Source: Fimbriosthenelais zetlandica
Lineage: Eukaryota
Reading direction: 5' to 3'
Assembly: GCA_977030845.1 (NCBI GenBank)
Contig: OZ365110.1
Coordinates: forward strand, 49,352,001 to 49,416,000
DNA length: 64,000 nucleotides
A model generated the notes under the pieces. The model saw only the letters and a program-made list of their open reading frames with translations. It was not told the DNA's origin and ran no database searches. The translations under genes were made by a program, and so were the position numbers. Below are positions 47,897 through 61,300 of this stretch, in pieces (the stretch's first letter is position 1; each line of letters opens with the position of its first letter).

Positions 47897-48090
47897 CTCC
47901 ACTGAGTCCTTTTGCCTTACGAGTGTAGCGATTTTGTTGCGGCTAAGACTTGTGGCGGACTTTTCTATGGCCTCAACTGCTATATTATCTGCCACAGCAT
48001 TAGCAAATAGAGCACAATATTGGCACTCCTCACAAGTACAAGCCCCATGAAGTTCAGTTTTACTTGAGGCAGAAAATCCAGTGGAGCTAC
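47897..48090 (+). repeat. Unclassified dispersed repeat, about 200 bp
   Basis: Colinear by eye with 49985-50170 (TGTTGCGGCTA, CTATGGCCTCAACTG, CAAGCCCC, ACTTGAGG.AGAAAATC.AGTG). Confidence 0.7.
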
Positions 48091-48652
48091 CCATGACAGA
48101 AGTGATGATGATTCAAAATGTTGAATATTGTCGCTTACAGAACAGATCTAGATGCGATAAGGATAAATTTATGTGATAACCTTTTCCAGTCTTAATCAAT
48201 ATAAAGAACTTTTCTCTCCTGTCATCTCCAAATTTGAGCTTAATAGAACCACTGCATAATGAATCATGTTACAGTTTTACCTGACAAAAATTCTAAAAGA
48301 ATTATTTCAGATTTTTAAAGTAACTGAGAAGTGTCTTGTCATAGGAGTTAAGAGATTCAGCTATCTCCTTCCATCGGTGAATTAAATGTTGGAAATTTTT
48401 TCTTTTCCATCTAGTGATCGTGACAGGTTTTATGATTGACTTCTCACTCAGACTTCTAACCAGTGAATGACAGCACCTAATGAAGTCTCGGTAATTAAAA
48501 GTTTCACATGCTTAAATACTATACGGTCATAGTAAAGGGCGTCATATATGGAGTGACAGGAGATCAAGTTGTCAAATGATTTTGTGTGAGCAGAATGAGA
48601 GAGTTGAGATTACTTGATGAAGTGATCGACTTTCCTGTCTCTGCGTCATATA

Positions 48653-49061
48653 CAGTAGATTCCCACTAATGTGACGAAGTATGAGTGATATTAAAACATT
48701 TGGTTCCGACTATTTAGTGGTAACTTAGTGAGATAGATGGTCGCTGTAGTGAGTATATCCTTATATAGTCACTTAGTGTTAAGATATTTGATTCTGACCA
48801 TTTAGTGGTCACTTTGTGAGATGGTCACTTTATTGAGTATGTCTTATTGGTGTTCAATCATTTGGTTCTGACAATTTAGTGGTCGCTGCAGTGAGTATAT
48901 ATGTCTTAGTGGTTTTATATCTTTCTTATTAAGTGTTCGCTTAGTGAGATGGTCGCTGTAGTGAGTATGTCTTATTGGTTTTATAAAGTTTTATGTCTAT
49001 TTAGTGGTCTGTTAGTGAGATGGTCGTTTTAGTGAGGTGCTTGTTAAGTGAGACCCCACAG
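48653..49061. mobile_element. Tc1/mariner-pogo-type MITE with internally expanded sub-repeats
   Basis: TA|CAGTAGATTCCCACTAA ... TTAAGTGAGACCCCACAG|TA, with many AGTGAGATGGTCGCT(G/T)TAGTGAG sub-repeats. Confidence 0.65.
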
Positions 49062-49984
49062 TACTAAAGGAGGGTTCATGTTCTGTATTGGCTCAGTGTT
49101 AAGGAGCTGGTCTGGTAAGGGGAGCAGTAAGTACACACTATGATATGGCTATGATAAACAGAATGGTCTCTCAACACTCCATGGCCAGTTTACCAACGGT
49201 CATATACACTACAAGATCAAGCATGGAATAAATATCAAATTATACCATTATCTCATCCTAACATGGTTAGAAAGCTATATCGTAGTCTGATGTTTGGGTG
49301 GGATACCATTAAAGTATTTCCCATGCAATAGGGGCCATTGCACAACCATAGGATAAAGCATTGTTATGCATTGAGTCTAATGTCAATACCAGATCTTTTG
49401 GTGCATTGCATGTCGCAGGTACCTGCATTTGTACGCATTGTGTGAAAATTATGTGGTTGAAATGATATACGTATTGAAAATACCCTACTAGAACTGTACC
49501 ATAATTTCTTTCTTCATAGAAATTCCCCTATAAATTCAGTTACATAGAAGTAGTTTATCATTATGCAATTCGTGGAAACCAATTAGGTTCAGTATATTGG
49601 TAAAAACTAATATATTGAATGCCTTTTTTACCAGAAAGTTAACAGACATGCTGACCTTGTCTGTTGACATGGAAACAGGATCAACTGACGTCATGGGACT
49701 ATATCTTATCGCGGAGCAAGCCAATCAGCTCTGTCGCTGTGATTAATCATTTGGAAATTCTTACACGGCTCAAAAATCAGAGTGAAAGGAAAGGGGGAAG
49801 AAATGATCAGTAAAAATTATACAATGTATGTGTATAGAATAGGATGATGACAGTTATGTTCCTGACCCCATGAGTAGCAGATCTAGGGGCGATTGGGTGA
49901 ACCAGGAGCAAAAATTGATCGAGAACTGAATTTCCTAGTTCTGTTATTCTGTTATTGCTTCAGTTTAGCTTCACTATTGGGATA

Positions 49985-50170
49985 GCACCACTGGGGTATT
50001 TTGCTTTTGCTCTGCAAGTGTTGCGAGTATGTTGCGGCTAGCCCCAAGTTGTGGCTGACTTTCCTATGGCCTCAACTGTCATATCTGCCAGAACTCTCAC
50101 AAATAGGAATCTCTCACAAATTGCAAGCCCCTGCTAGTGCAGTTACACTTGAGGTAGAAAATCTAGTGTG
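49985..50170 (+). repeat. Unclassified dispersed repeat, about 190 bp
   Basis: Colinear by eye with 47897-48090 and 31050-31122. Confidence 0.7.
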
Positions 50171-50945
50171 CGTCATCAGAAATTGACCTGGGGATCTGGT
50201 GGTAACGCGATCCCTCCGCGTCGTTTGTAGCGTCACTGCGCCTGACCATGCATGTCTGTGTGTGGCACAGGGCCTTGTTCTGAAGCTCAGACCTTTAAAT
50301 CTGAGTCCCTTGTCCCTCGGGGGTTTCACGGTCTTTACCACGCTTGTGTTTCGGGTCGCCAGGACCCACCACAACAGCTTGATGGATGTCACGGAAGATA
50401 ATCCGCCCCGTGAAAATAGTTCCAACCAAGTGAAAGTAGTTCTCGAGTGAGAGGATATGCAGGGGCCTTGGTAAAGCATTGTTATGAAACAAGCCCCTGT
50501 TCTAAGGGTCCCCTCGTCAACATGGCTGAAACTTAGTGGTTTGCGTTCGGGGGAAATAGAAGACCCTTCCAAACCTGTTGGCAGAATCCATCCGCAGATA
50601 AAGAAAAAACTTATTTGTTCCACTGGCGACTGATAACTTAATGCATTCATCCCAACTGTGTCAAGCATTCTGTGACTGATCCCAAATCCTATAGACAGAT
50701 AAAATAAGGCAGGCTTGGGATAATGTGAGAAGGGGGTAGGGTTAGACGAGATGGGATTAGGCTAGTATAGAGGGTCTCACTATAGAAGGTGCATAGATTC
50801 TGATACTCCGGTGATATATGTACACACCGACACACAGTTACCATCATCTAGGGGTAAATATGTATGGTTCGTGCCATGGATATCATTCCTGTAAGTCTGA
50901 GTATTATGGGCCAGATTCAGCTACATTCAGTTAATATATGACATA

Positions 50946-51183
50946 CAGTGGGGATTCACAAATGCGACCACCTTTGGGATTGAACTGGTGTGATGTTTGC
51001 TTTAGAGCTGTGTTAAAACATTTGGTTCTGGTCATTTAATGGTCACATAATGAGATGGTCGCTTTAGTGAGTATGTCTTAGTGCTGTTAATTGGTTCTCA
51101 CTATTGAATGTCACTTAGTGAGTAGCCTGTGTCTTAGTGAGATGGTCGCTTTAGTGAGATGGACGTTAAGTGAGATTCCACTG
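50946..51183. mobile_element. Tc1/mariner-pogo-type MITE
   Basis: TA|CAGTGGGGATTCAC ... GTGAGATTCCACTG|TA: imperfect TIR with a TA target duplication. Confidence 0.7.
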
Positions 51184-53365
51184 TATAATTCATCAATACA
51201 CCTAACTAACTTCAGGAGACTAATACTGCTTCATTAGTATACTACAATGAATCCCACCTGCCTTAATGACCTAACATTACCTAATATTAGAGCCTACCTT
51301 TATCGGATGAGAGAAAGACCAATAATAATATGGGCCTAAGGAATAATGAACCATTAGCACATGTACCCTTGCATAATTTCCCTTCCATGATCCCATGCAT
51401 TTGGCTCAATAATGCTTATTTCAAATCCAGTCAATCCTTTGATGATATGTCAGAAATTTGGACTATTTTGGTTTCAAAACTAATGAAATACTAATATATT
51501 GGCTCATCTGCCAATTATAGGACGAGGTATTATTCCCATGTTATAACATATATCTTTTATGTTGTGAGACTAAAGTCACTAAGGCAAATCAAAAGCTGAA
51601 CTTTATATTTTATATTTTTAGGTACGGGAGCTTTATATGAGGCCTAGAAATAATATTTAGGAGGTGTTGTAATGGAAACCAATGACTTCTGGCTGTTGGA
51701 TCGCTGGTGGTCCCAGTTAGGCGGGATTCCCGTCGAGTGCCTGCATTTTGAGGTAACGTATCACATTCAATCTGTGAAAATATGCCCGGCCTCTCACCCA
51801 CAAACCGCCTGTGTGTGCGCCAGATATTCTAGATGGTGCGAACTGCAGTTCAGATAACAATTTCAAACGTTTTTTGGCTGATAACTTGAGTCATTCAATT
51901 TAGATAAAAATCTGCACTACTCAAGAAAGTGATTTATTGCAGTACACAAAAGTGATCTATTTTCATTTGAATACAATGTATAACATTGAGGTTTCCCCAT
52001 TGCTAGAGTAGTCATTTGCCCCTCTAATTGCTATAGAATACTAATTTGCCTCTGCAAGTTTAAAGATATTTCTGCACATGCCTACCTTTTGTCAATCCCT
52101 TTCAATCAACCAAACCCATGATTTGCAGAACCTCTAAGCTTTATTGGCCACAGAGTATACACCCATATAGACCCATTAATATGTGTATAGGTAGGGTTGC
52201 TGTAAAGATCATGATCCACTGCTTCGATTTCCCTTGCGATACATGTATAAGACATGGACCTCAAATATGCCCCAAAGAAAATCACACCAGTGGAGGTCAG
52301 TTTCCATTAATACAGAAACTGTCCTCATAGTGGAAACCAGCCCCTAGGAGTCCTTTGACAACTTCAAACACAGTTTAAGTAGTATATTGCTATGTAATAT
52401 ATATTAATACAAAAAAGTGTCGTAATTTAAGTAGTATTGCTTCATAGCATTAGGGGGTGGGGGCTAATAAAAAAAACTGTGTCACAGTAGTGGGGACGAG
52501 CCTTTAGTTTGAACCATTAAGTTATGGCGGGATGAGGTGCCTGTCAGGCGGTACACGTTACACACTGGTGATTCCATGTGTCGGACACCTTTCTCGGCGC
52601 CTCCCAATCTCCTCCTCCCGTGAGCCACTCACCTCACCACTACCCCTGAACGTCTGATCCAATTACTCATCATCCCAACCCAATGCTTCCAGACGATCAG
52701 CCCTCACACTACTCCCCCAGACGAGACACACATCTTATCTCTTAAACACTTTAACAATATAACCACACCTGATCCACGGAATGCATCAACTCATCGGGGG
52801 GTCTTTGACATTTGTATCTAAACTAGAATATGCGGGCCCACATCGTGGGTGCTAATTTCCTAGTTAAACCCCCTGCCACATCCAACTGCCGAGAATCAAG
52901 CATTCTGATTTCTTCGAGGAAATGGAAAACAAAAGTTGCCAAGTGGATGATGTATTCGTATTTCTTCTAGGATGACACTGGGTGTCAGTAGCTTTTGCCC
53001 TCGACCTATGCATCTCTGACCTGCATTTTTCTCCCATGGTAAAGTTGCTTTCATAAGATAGAAGGGAGAAGGAGGGACTGGATGTGCCAACAAAACTAAT
53101 AGACACCACGTGTGTCTGCCAGACGCATCATAATCTCACAAAATTCACTCCAGCTCTCCTATCTTTTATACAATTTATGAACAATTTATATCTAAAGTTT
53201 TCCTATTATAACAGTCCATATGTCTTTGCCATCAGTGTTCGGAGGTTTTATGATTAGATTTCATATCAAAGCTACAGGCGTAATAGACAAATGGATTGAA
53301 GTTGAGAAATAGATAAGACAATTTTATGTCTAGATAGGATATGAAGCAAAATAAGTTTCAAGTAC

Positions 53366-53680
53366 CGTGGGGTCTCACTTAAAAACCATCTTGCTAAATC
53401 GATCATTGGATAACCTGAACACTAAAATGTTTTAACAAAAACAAAAAAAGTTTTAACATCACTGAAACATCCTCACGAAAGTGACCACCTCGCTATGTGG
53501 CCACTAAATGGTCAGAACCAAATATTTTAACAAAACTGACACATACAAAAATTATAGCCACTAAAGTAACCACCTCACTATCCAACCACTAAAATGGTCA
53601 GAACCAAATGATATACCAACACCACCCAGACATACACAGTAAACCGACCATCTCAGTATCTGACCACCAAATGGAGTGAA
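53366..53680 (-). mobile_element. Same MITE family in reverse orientation (right end uncertain)
   Basis: TACCGTGGGGTCTCACTTAA start, with repeated CCACTAAATGGTCAGAACCAAAT and CACTAAAG..ACCA.CTCACTA (reverse complement of the sub-repeats in 48653-49061). Confidence 0.6.
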
Positions 53681-56600
53681 TCCACCAAGCAAAAGATGAA
53701 CCGAGTAAAGCTCATAGAGATAATAATCAGGTAAGGTGAGAGAGGTGCGGGATAGAGATTGAACTGTGCACCTGAAGTGTTTACCTTAAAGTGGGAGAGT
53801 GTGGTCAGGTGAGTGGAAGGAATGGGGCCAAATCACGAGCGGTACTATGAACGAGTTAACCTATCGCCCCGAGTTCAAATACTCGGCTCATATAGCAATC
53901 TGGCTGTATAGTGGGCCCACTGGGAGCTGACTGAATTCCAGGGATCTGTCTTCATTTCCCTGCCACACTAACAAGGCTGTTAGGGTGGGATTGATGAAGC
54001 GGGGCTGGATGGGACTCGGTTAATGCTGGGGTTCCACTAATCCGAATATGAACCGATATTTGGAACCATAACAGGAAAGAGAACTTTACAGATCTTCTGT
54101 TATCATCTTAATGGGGATGGTCATGACTAGTTTACCTGGTCACTTCATGGTCAATTCCATAAGTTATATTAAATATTTTTAATGTTATCGCCTCTATTCC
54201 CAAGTGAAACGACAGTGAGTTATACTATACATTTATGAGCTGACCAATGGACTATTTTCCTCCAGTGAAAAGCTTAATCACAGAGCCAGTCTTCCTGTTT
54301 TCCACCGTGTCTTATCAATCAAGTGGTATATAATATAGGCTATGTTACCCAAAACATATCTTAATCATTTCTTATATCTCAATATTCTCACGTTTCTTAT
54401 ATTGACAGCTTACTAAAGATAAAATAAATGTACTAAGCATCCATATGTATTATACATATGAGGAAAGTAAACCAGCAACTTCAGGCCAAGTGCTTACCCA
54501 AAGACATGCAGGCCATTGTAAACCATAGGCTAAGCATTGTGCAACACAGACTTATTACACTGAATGGGGATCTTGCTTTTGTATGTTAATAAAGAAAATG
54601 AATGAAGACATTATATATCCACACATGGCTGGTTATAGAGGTAATTGACAGCCTTGTGTGCCGCCGTCAGTATATACAGGTATAGAGTATTGAGCTGCTC
54701 GAGGTGTCAGGTGTTACACCAGTCATGTACCCTGACCTCAGGCCATCACACCTCCACTAATGGCCTCTCATTTACCCCGAGCAACTCACCACCGCCTCGG
54801 GCGAGTGTTATACCTCCCAGCGGAGAACGCCTCCCTCCCGAGGTTAAAGACACAAACCTTAAAACCCGGGTTCATGTATCAGCTGTGAATCCCCCATTGC
54901 TCAAGTGTGCAGTCGCTCACTTATATAAAACCCAGCATCAAGGCTAATTTCACTGTCACTTTCAGAGATATGATAGTGCCTGCACAGTGTTTCAGAATGG
55001 ACTGGTGCAGTTATTATGTTCAAATTTCACTTTCACTTTCAAAAAGAACTGTTATAGTGATATGTGTTTAGGCAATATTCAATGAATGTAAAGTGCAATA
55101 GCTGGAATACTTATAGTGACATTTAGACACTGAATAATAGTAATGCATGTACTGCACTCACTTCAACTGAGCTACAGTACAGTATGTGTAGGCTAAGCAA
55201 TGCAACTGTTCACATGTAACTGCATCAAGATTCATTGCATTTGTCTATGGATTTCTGGGGCATTAAGCTTAGCCTGGAGCAGTAGCTAATGGGTGTAATT
55301 TGCAGTACATGTGTATATTGAGGGGCTCATTAATGAGGGGGGAGGGATACATGGAATACACCAGATGCCACACATGATACATGTAAATGCCATCGCTACA
55401 CAGAGAAATGGCAGCAATGTACACTGCGGGCTATATAAATTAATCATACCCTTGTCAATTTCGGGGTATGTTCATTCATGTTAAGTCCAATCAGGAAAAT
55501 GAAGACTTGAAACAATGGATTTACAGAGACAAATCTACTCATTGCATCTACGGGCTAAAGTATTGTAAAACAATGATAAATCAATGACCTCCAAAGAGTC
55601 ATGCCATTCGGCCAAGTTGCACATATTTTTCCACGAAAAAATCTTGGACCAAGATGGGTTATATGGACCATTGTGGAATATGTCCAGTTGTCCAATGAAA
55701 ACAGCAGTTCTGTTCTCAGGGGGTACCAACAGAACAAAGATTTGTACTAGGCAATGTACACCTATAGCAATTGGCGAGAGTGCCACGAGAGTGTCATCTC
55801 GCAGTCGGCGAGGGCTCATTCTACACTCACACATTCCACAATAAAAATTCCTTCATACAAAAAAGTGACAAAACAGACTAGATTTCAATCAGCAACAGAT
55901 AGGGGTGCAGTGTGGTATATGGCATCTACAACTAGTAGACCACCTTATATACAGTTACCCTGCCCTCTATCTCAACTATATACATCACTTTTATGTCTAT
56001 AATTCTATAAATAGTGGGAGGACCAAAGGCCTATACACCCCCGGCCCCAGGTCTATCTATACCATTGATGAGGATAAATCAGAGGCGCCTGCCTTAAGGC
56101 CTTTTCTGACTGTAATTAGTATTTGGGATCTACTGGTCCTGACCCTTAACCCTACACTCTGATTGATTCCTTTAGTCTACATCTCTCCTATTCTTCCCTA
56201 ACCTACATGATTTTATATGCAAATCACCCCCACTCTACTCGATAAGAGACTTTAAGCTTGGCTAGCAATCAGTGTAATTTCAAGGTAAAACTCCCCGCCC
56301 TTCTTTGCCACCATATGCCCCAAGGGCCTGAAATAATACTCAACTTGGCATTATTTGGATTGGTGGGAACTGTAGTGACTATATTGACAAAAATAAACTC
56401 GGTTAAAAAGTGGGCAATTCTGCCTGTAAGTGTTTTTAACACCCTCAGGGCTGTTTCCTTCCAGCACAAATTTAATATCGATAATAAAGATATGCTGATA
56501 GCTGAATATGGTTGCAATCAGTGACTAATTATGTATCCCCCGGGGAAACTAAATGCTTGTCTTTGCTACGATTAAGCAATTTATATTTTAATCCAAAATG

Positions 56601-58070
56601 ATAAGGAGACTAACAAGTGCCATGTGCGAAATGACAAAGCTAAATTAGGTGCGAAGTGCAGTACATATGTCTTCCCTCCCACCAAGCCGATACATAAAGT
56701 GATAATTGCAGGACCACGCCTAGCTATGACATGAAGACAAAAGACATCTCTGTGGGTCTGTATAGGAGATGTAGTTGATTTATACCTACATACCCCGGTA
56801 TCGGCAAATGGTTTATACTTTATACGCACTCCCCATGCGAACAGTTCATCACTCTGTGAAGCCATCTCAGCAGGTTTCTACAGACCGCTGGTCTCTATGT
56901 TCTATGTTCACAAGGGAATAGACTAGCCAGCATACCAATGACAATGGTTGCTAAGTATGTCCCCATATCCCATAGCAGGCTGACTTCCACTTGTTCAGAA
57001 GCTTTATTCATACTGGAGAATGTATTTCCCAATTCATGGTGTTTTCTGATATTTATTTTTTATCAAAAAATGCTATGGGAATAAGTTCTAGTTCCGATGA
57101 ATTGGATTAGGATGAATAGATGAATAGTTGTCCACCTCTTAGGATGGATAGGGAAAACACTGTCGGTACATAAAACCCTGCCCTTTCACATACCTATAGA
57201 GTGAATTGGATTATTTAACGGATATCCACTGACGTATGACTTCATTTTCTTTGAAGTTATATTTTAAAATCACGTGGAAAAAGCGTTAAAGAGTTTAAGT
57301 ATTGCAAGTCTAGCAGCAGGGTATCATCCTGCCCAGTGCCTTCACGCTGAGCATTGCCTATCTCTACCCATCATGGGGGTCCCCATCTCTCTGCCCTCTC
57401 ATCTGGTGAAGGTGATGGTCACTTTTTGAAGTCCCCCCCGCACATCCCGGGAAACTGGCGGGGGATATGATAGAGAGGATGGGTATTTACCTCTTTGATG
57501 TGGGCCGATAAACATTGTCCTGGCCGCGCCTTATCTGATGGGGCGATGCCATTTCCATGACTGTGCACACCCACAGACTTTCACAAGAGAAAATGGTGGA
57601 TATTTAGATCTAAATGGACCGTATACTGGTATCGAATTGCTCAAATATGAGGGCCAAACTCGTGGGAATGCGGCTCGAATGCTTTTTGTACACAAGGGTT
57701 TTCAATTTAAGAAGGAGCAAAGTTTGACCTTGTCCAATTGAAGGTCATTCGCTTTGTTGTCACTTTGCTTTTTTTGGATCAGTTTGGGCATTTTTATTTA
57801 CTTGATGATCAAGAACTGCAAAAAAAGCATTAATGCCGTAAGAAGAATCAGGATGCTAGAGTAGCATATAACCTATATTTTTAGTTTCTCAATAATTCAG
57901 TCAAATATGGTGGATGTAGATCAAGCTTGAGGAGATATGAGATACAGATGTGGCCTCATAATAATGAGGAAATCTTGGAAAAACTCCATACATCATCCAT
58001 GGATATCCAATATGCTTATTACAAATTCACTGACGATTTATGTTTTCACCGAAAAACAATATTTCACCTA

Positions 58071-58314
58071 CAGTAGTGTCTCACTCAACGACCACTTTAC
58101 TAAACTAACTTCGTTCAATTCTCGTAACTAAATGGTTTTAACGCCACCATAACACTCACTAAAGCGGCCATTCCAGAAACCGACCAAAATTAGTTCCCAT
58201 CAAAATGGTGGTCTCTTTATGCCAGTAGCAATGCCACAGTGTATAGTGAGGGTGGTTGCTTTAGTGAGATGTCAGTTCAATCCCAATGGTGGTCGCCTTA
58301 GTCAGTTCGGACTG
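58071..58314. mobile_element. Same MITE family
   Basis: TA|CAGTAGTGTCTCACTCAACGACC ... GGTCGCCTTAGTCAGTTCGGACTG|TA. Confidence 0.6.
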
Positions 58315-61300
58315 TACCTTGCTTGTTTACCAGACTATCCCGCTGAGTCTGGTGGTCGTTCATAATGAATCCTGTCTGTAGATGATAATAGAGTTTTATA
58401 TGACACAGTGTTTAGGAATCTTCTAGAAGCCATGTTTCGTCACGCTCCCTCTGCGTCCCATCTTTTCCCATGACTGCTCGGGATGATTCCCTCTCTATTC
58501 CCAGTGGGGTTTCTACCACCATGTCAACCCATCCTCCCCCATCCCCATCCCTCCACACCCAATATGGTCCCAGCCAAAACAAAGCTGGAGAAGCCTTCAG
58601 CAATGCTCCTCCTGTCCATAAAAACATTACTGGAAATCCAGGCCTTCTATAAGGACACCCCTCTAGAGCATTGGCAGATGGATTGCATTCCCAAAGCAAT
58701 TCTTGGCCAATTTCCAGCTAAATTATCTTTATTATATCCCATTTTGGACTATTTTAAGACATTCAAATATTGTTATTCATATACCCGGTTGAAAGAACAT
58801 TATTTATTCATTTTACATCTTAATTTAACCATTTCCTCTAGCCGCAACCTAACCCTATTGCGGTGGCATCTTCGTGAAATCTAAGACCCAGTAAAGTGTC
58901 ATGCTGTGGTCCCATCGCGAGGCAAGTTTGCAGGACAAATATTTCCCAGTGAAGTCAAATAGTGCCAAGGAAATGTCAGGAGGGGTGGGAGGAGGGTGTC
59001 TCCCATAGGGACCATGTGCTAAGAATTTAATCCCCTGTTAATTATACTAGCATGTCCATATCAGGTGGCTGTGTTATGCCTTATGGTTTCTGAGTGTGGG
59101 GTGATGGCAGGGAGTCAGTGAGGGCGCCATCTTGGATATGGATCCAAACAGATCGCACAGCAAGGGGTTGTCGCCACTGACACGACACAATATGTATACA
59201 TATGTATTATACAGTGATTTCTCACTAATACGACCCCACTGGGAGTAATTGTCGTACATACCAGGGTGGTCACTTTATAGTATTTTCACTGCATTAGAAA
59301 TAAGGTGCCCACACACTAATCTGATCCTCTATCCGGCTCTATTCGATAGTTGTCCAATACTATACTTCTGTTAAAAAAAATTGACACTATTTCAATCATT
59401 GGATGTCATTAGAAGTGGGGTATCGGATGGCGACAGATTGGAGAATCGGATTAATATACATGTGTGGGCACCTTTAGGCCTAATCCCGTGAAATTTAATG
59501 AAGGAATGGACCTCTCGTATAGATTGCAATGGTATAGAAAGCCTTGTATTGAAATGTATAGGATCTGGGAAGCCAGTCACATACCGGAGTGAAGCCAGGG
59601 GGTGTCGTCTTTCTCTAAGTGTAGATGTAATCAGGGATCTCTTACTTACAGCTGACCCGCACCCTGACCCTCCTATACCCCACATGTTTAACATGGGCGG
59701 CCGCTAGATGGGGGTGTTGATGACCCTCACCCCTCAACTCCCTATACCTCTCATTTCTCTTTCACCAGACCTATGCCTTTAGTGCTTTATACCCTGCTTT
59801 ATGTTAAGATGAAATTATTTTTTCCCTAATGCCAGTGGTAAAGTAGTACTCAAGAAATGAAATTTTCATTTCACTTTAGTGCTTTATACTTGTTCACCAT
59901 TAAGGCCGTCCTCCACTGGTGCGACTGTTTTTTGTGCAATTGTTTTTTGTATGTCATAGCAGTACAAGTTAGAAATTGAGTTTGAAGATGCCCAATTAGG
60001 CCTAAAGGCTGCCTTCCACTGGATTCCCTGGCAACAGTGGATGAAGACCATAAGTCGATAAGCCGATAGTGACACACATACATTTCGTTTGAAAAAGAAG
60101 CAATCATTTTAAAAATTAATATTATTCCTTATGGAGCAATCACTTTTAGTGAGGCCATCATAATTGTACATGGCATGACAAAAACCAAGTACAGAACCCG
60201 GAAATAAATATTTAAATGAAACATCAGTTAAAATGGACACTCAATGTGTATGTATGTTGTAACGTCAAGAGATGACAAGAAAACAATAAAGTCCCTCCCA
60301 CCTGTGTCCACACCCAACCCCCTGCTGCCTCACTCTAAGCAGCCACACCCAAACATGGCACAAATTACCTTAAAACCTAATTATCAGGAGAAAATCTGTG
60401 AAGAACGCAAACCGCGAATTGGCTTAGCCCATGTATAATGGAAACCCTGCCGGGGCGGCTGGTCGGCAGGGGGGCGAGCTTCAAGTTAAATACCTTTTGT
60501 GGTGCTTTACACTTGCAGGCACTTTAAGGTATTGTCTTGCTTGAGCATCTTCTGACGGTTTTGTTGTCTTTGTGGGATGGGGTGGTGGGTGTGTGGGGGC
60601 CCAGTACCCGTGGGAGGACAAGCAGGTGCAAGCATACAGGCTTTGTTTAAGTTTAATGGACCTTTGGTCGAACATAACGACTTCATCAATATTAGCCAAA
60701 GCATACATGTGTATAGCTTGTGTCCATTACTTGGTAAATCCATGTTTTTCTTGCTGAAGGATAATATTATTTTTTAATTCCATGCCTTTTACAAATGAGT
60801 ATCATTCAATACTCGTTGCTTTTCCTTAGCCGGCTTTGGTCATTCATTTAGCTCAATGTTAATTTTTGGCTTATGAAGCAAGTTTTTTCGGAAACATTTT
60901 TTGAAACAGAGAGGTGAGGATGTGCTGAAGTGTCAACCTATTTAATCCTAAATCCATCCAATTCTCAATAATTAGCCGTTCAAATCCTTCCCAAACCTAG
61001 CGAAAATATCACCTTTAACTGAATAAAGATGCATGGTTTTAAGACCATCAGACATACGCTAGAGTTCACCTGCTGCCTTCATCAGACCCTCCATACAGAC
61101 AACCCACTTGATCAGAAGATCTTTAGACCAGTTTAGAAAGACGAAGAAAATCTCCTATGACAAGGCGATGAGTGGAGGCGCCAACCCCACCAGTCCTCCC
61201 CTCCATCCCCCTCTCCCTCTCCATATTGCCTCTGGCAGGCCTCTCCCCGCTTGTCTACTTCCCAGGTCAACCCACCTGCCCTTTGGTCATCTGGCTGGAC

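Noticed and set aside
49086-49115. tRNA 5'-half-like sequence (TGGCTCAGTGTTAAGGAGCTGG)
   Set aside because: No T-loop/B box or acceptor stem follows, so a tRNA or SINE cannot be supported.
50114-50668. 184-aa minus-strand ORF
   Set aside because: It has an alternative start, no domain motifs and no splice context, and it overlaps dispersed repeat fragments.
54790-54875. Frame reading ...LGGITLARGG ending at a phase-1 donor, resembling a signal-peptide end
   Set aside because: An in-frame stop lies upstream with no ATG in that frame, and the ATG-containing frame ends in phase 2.
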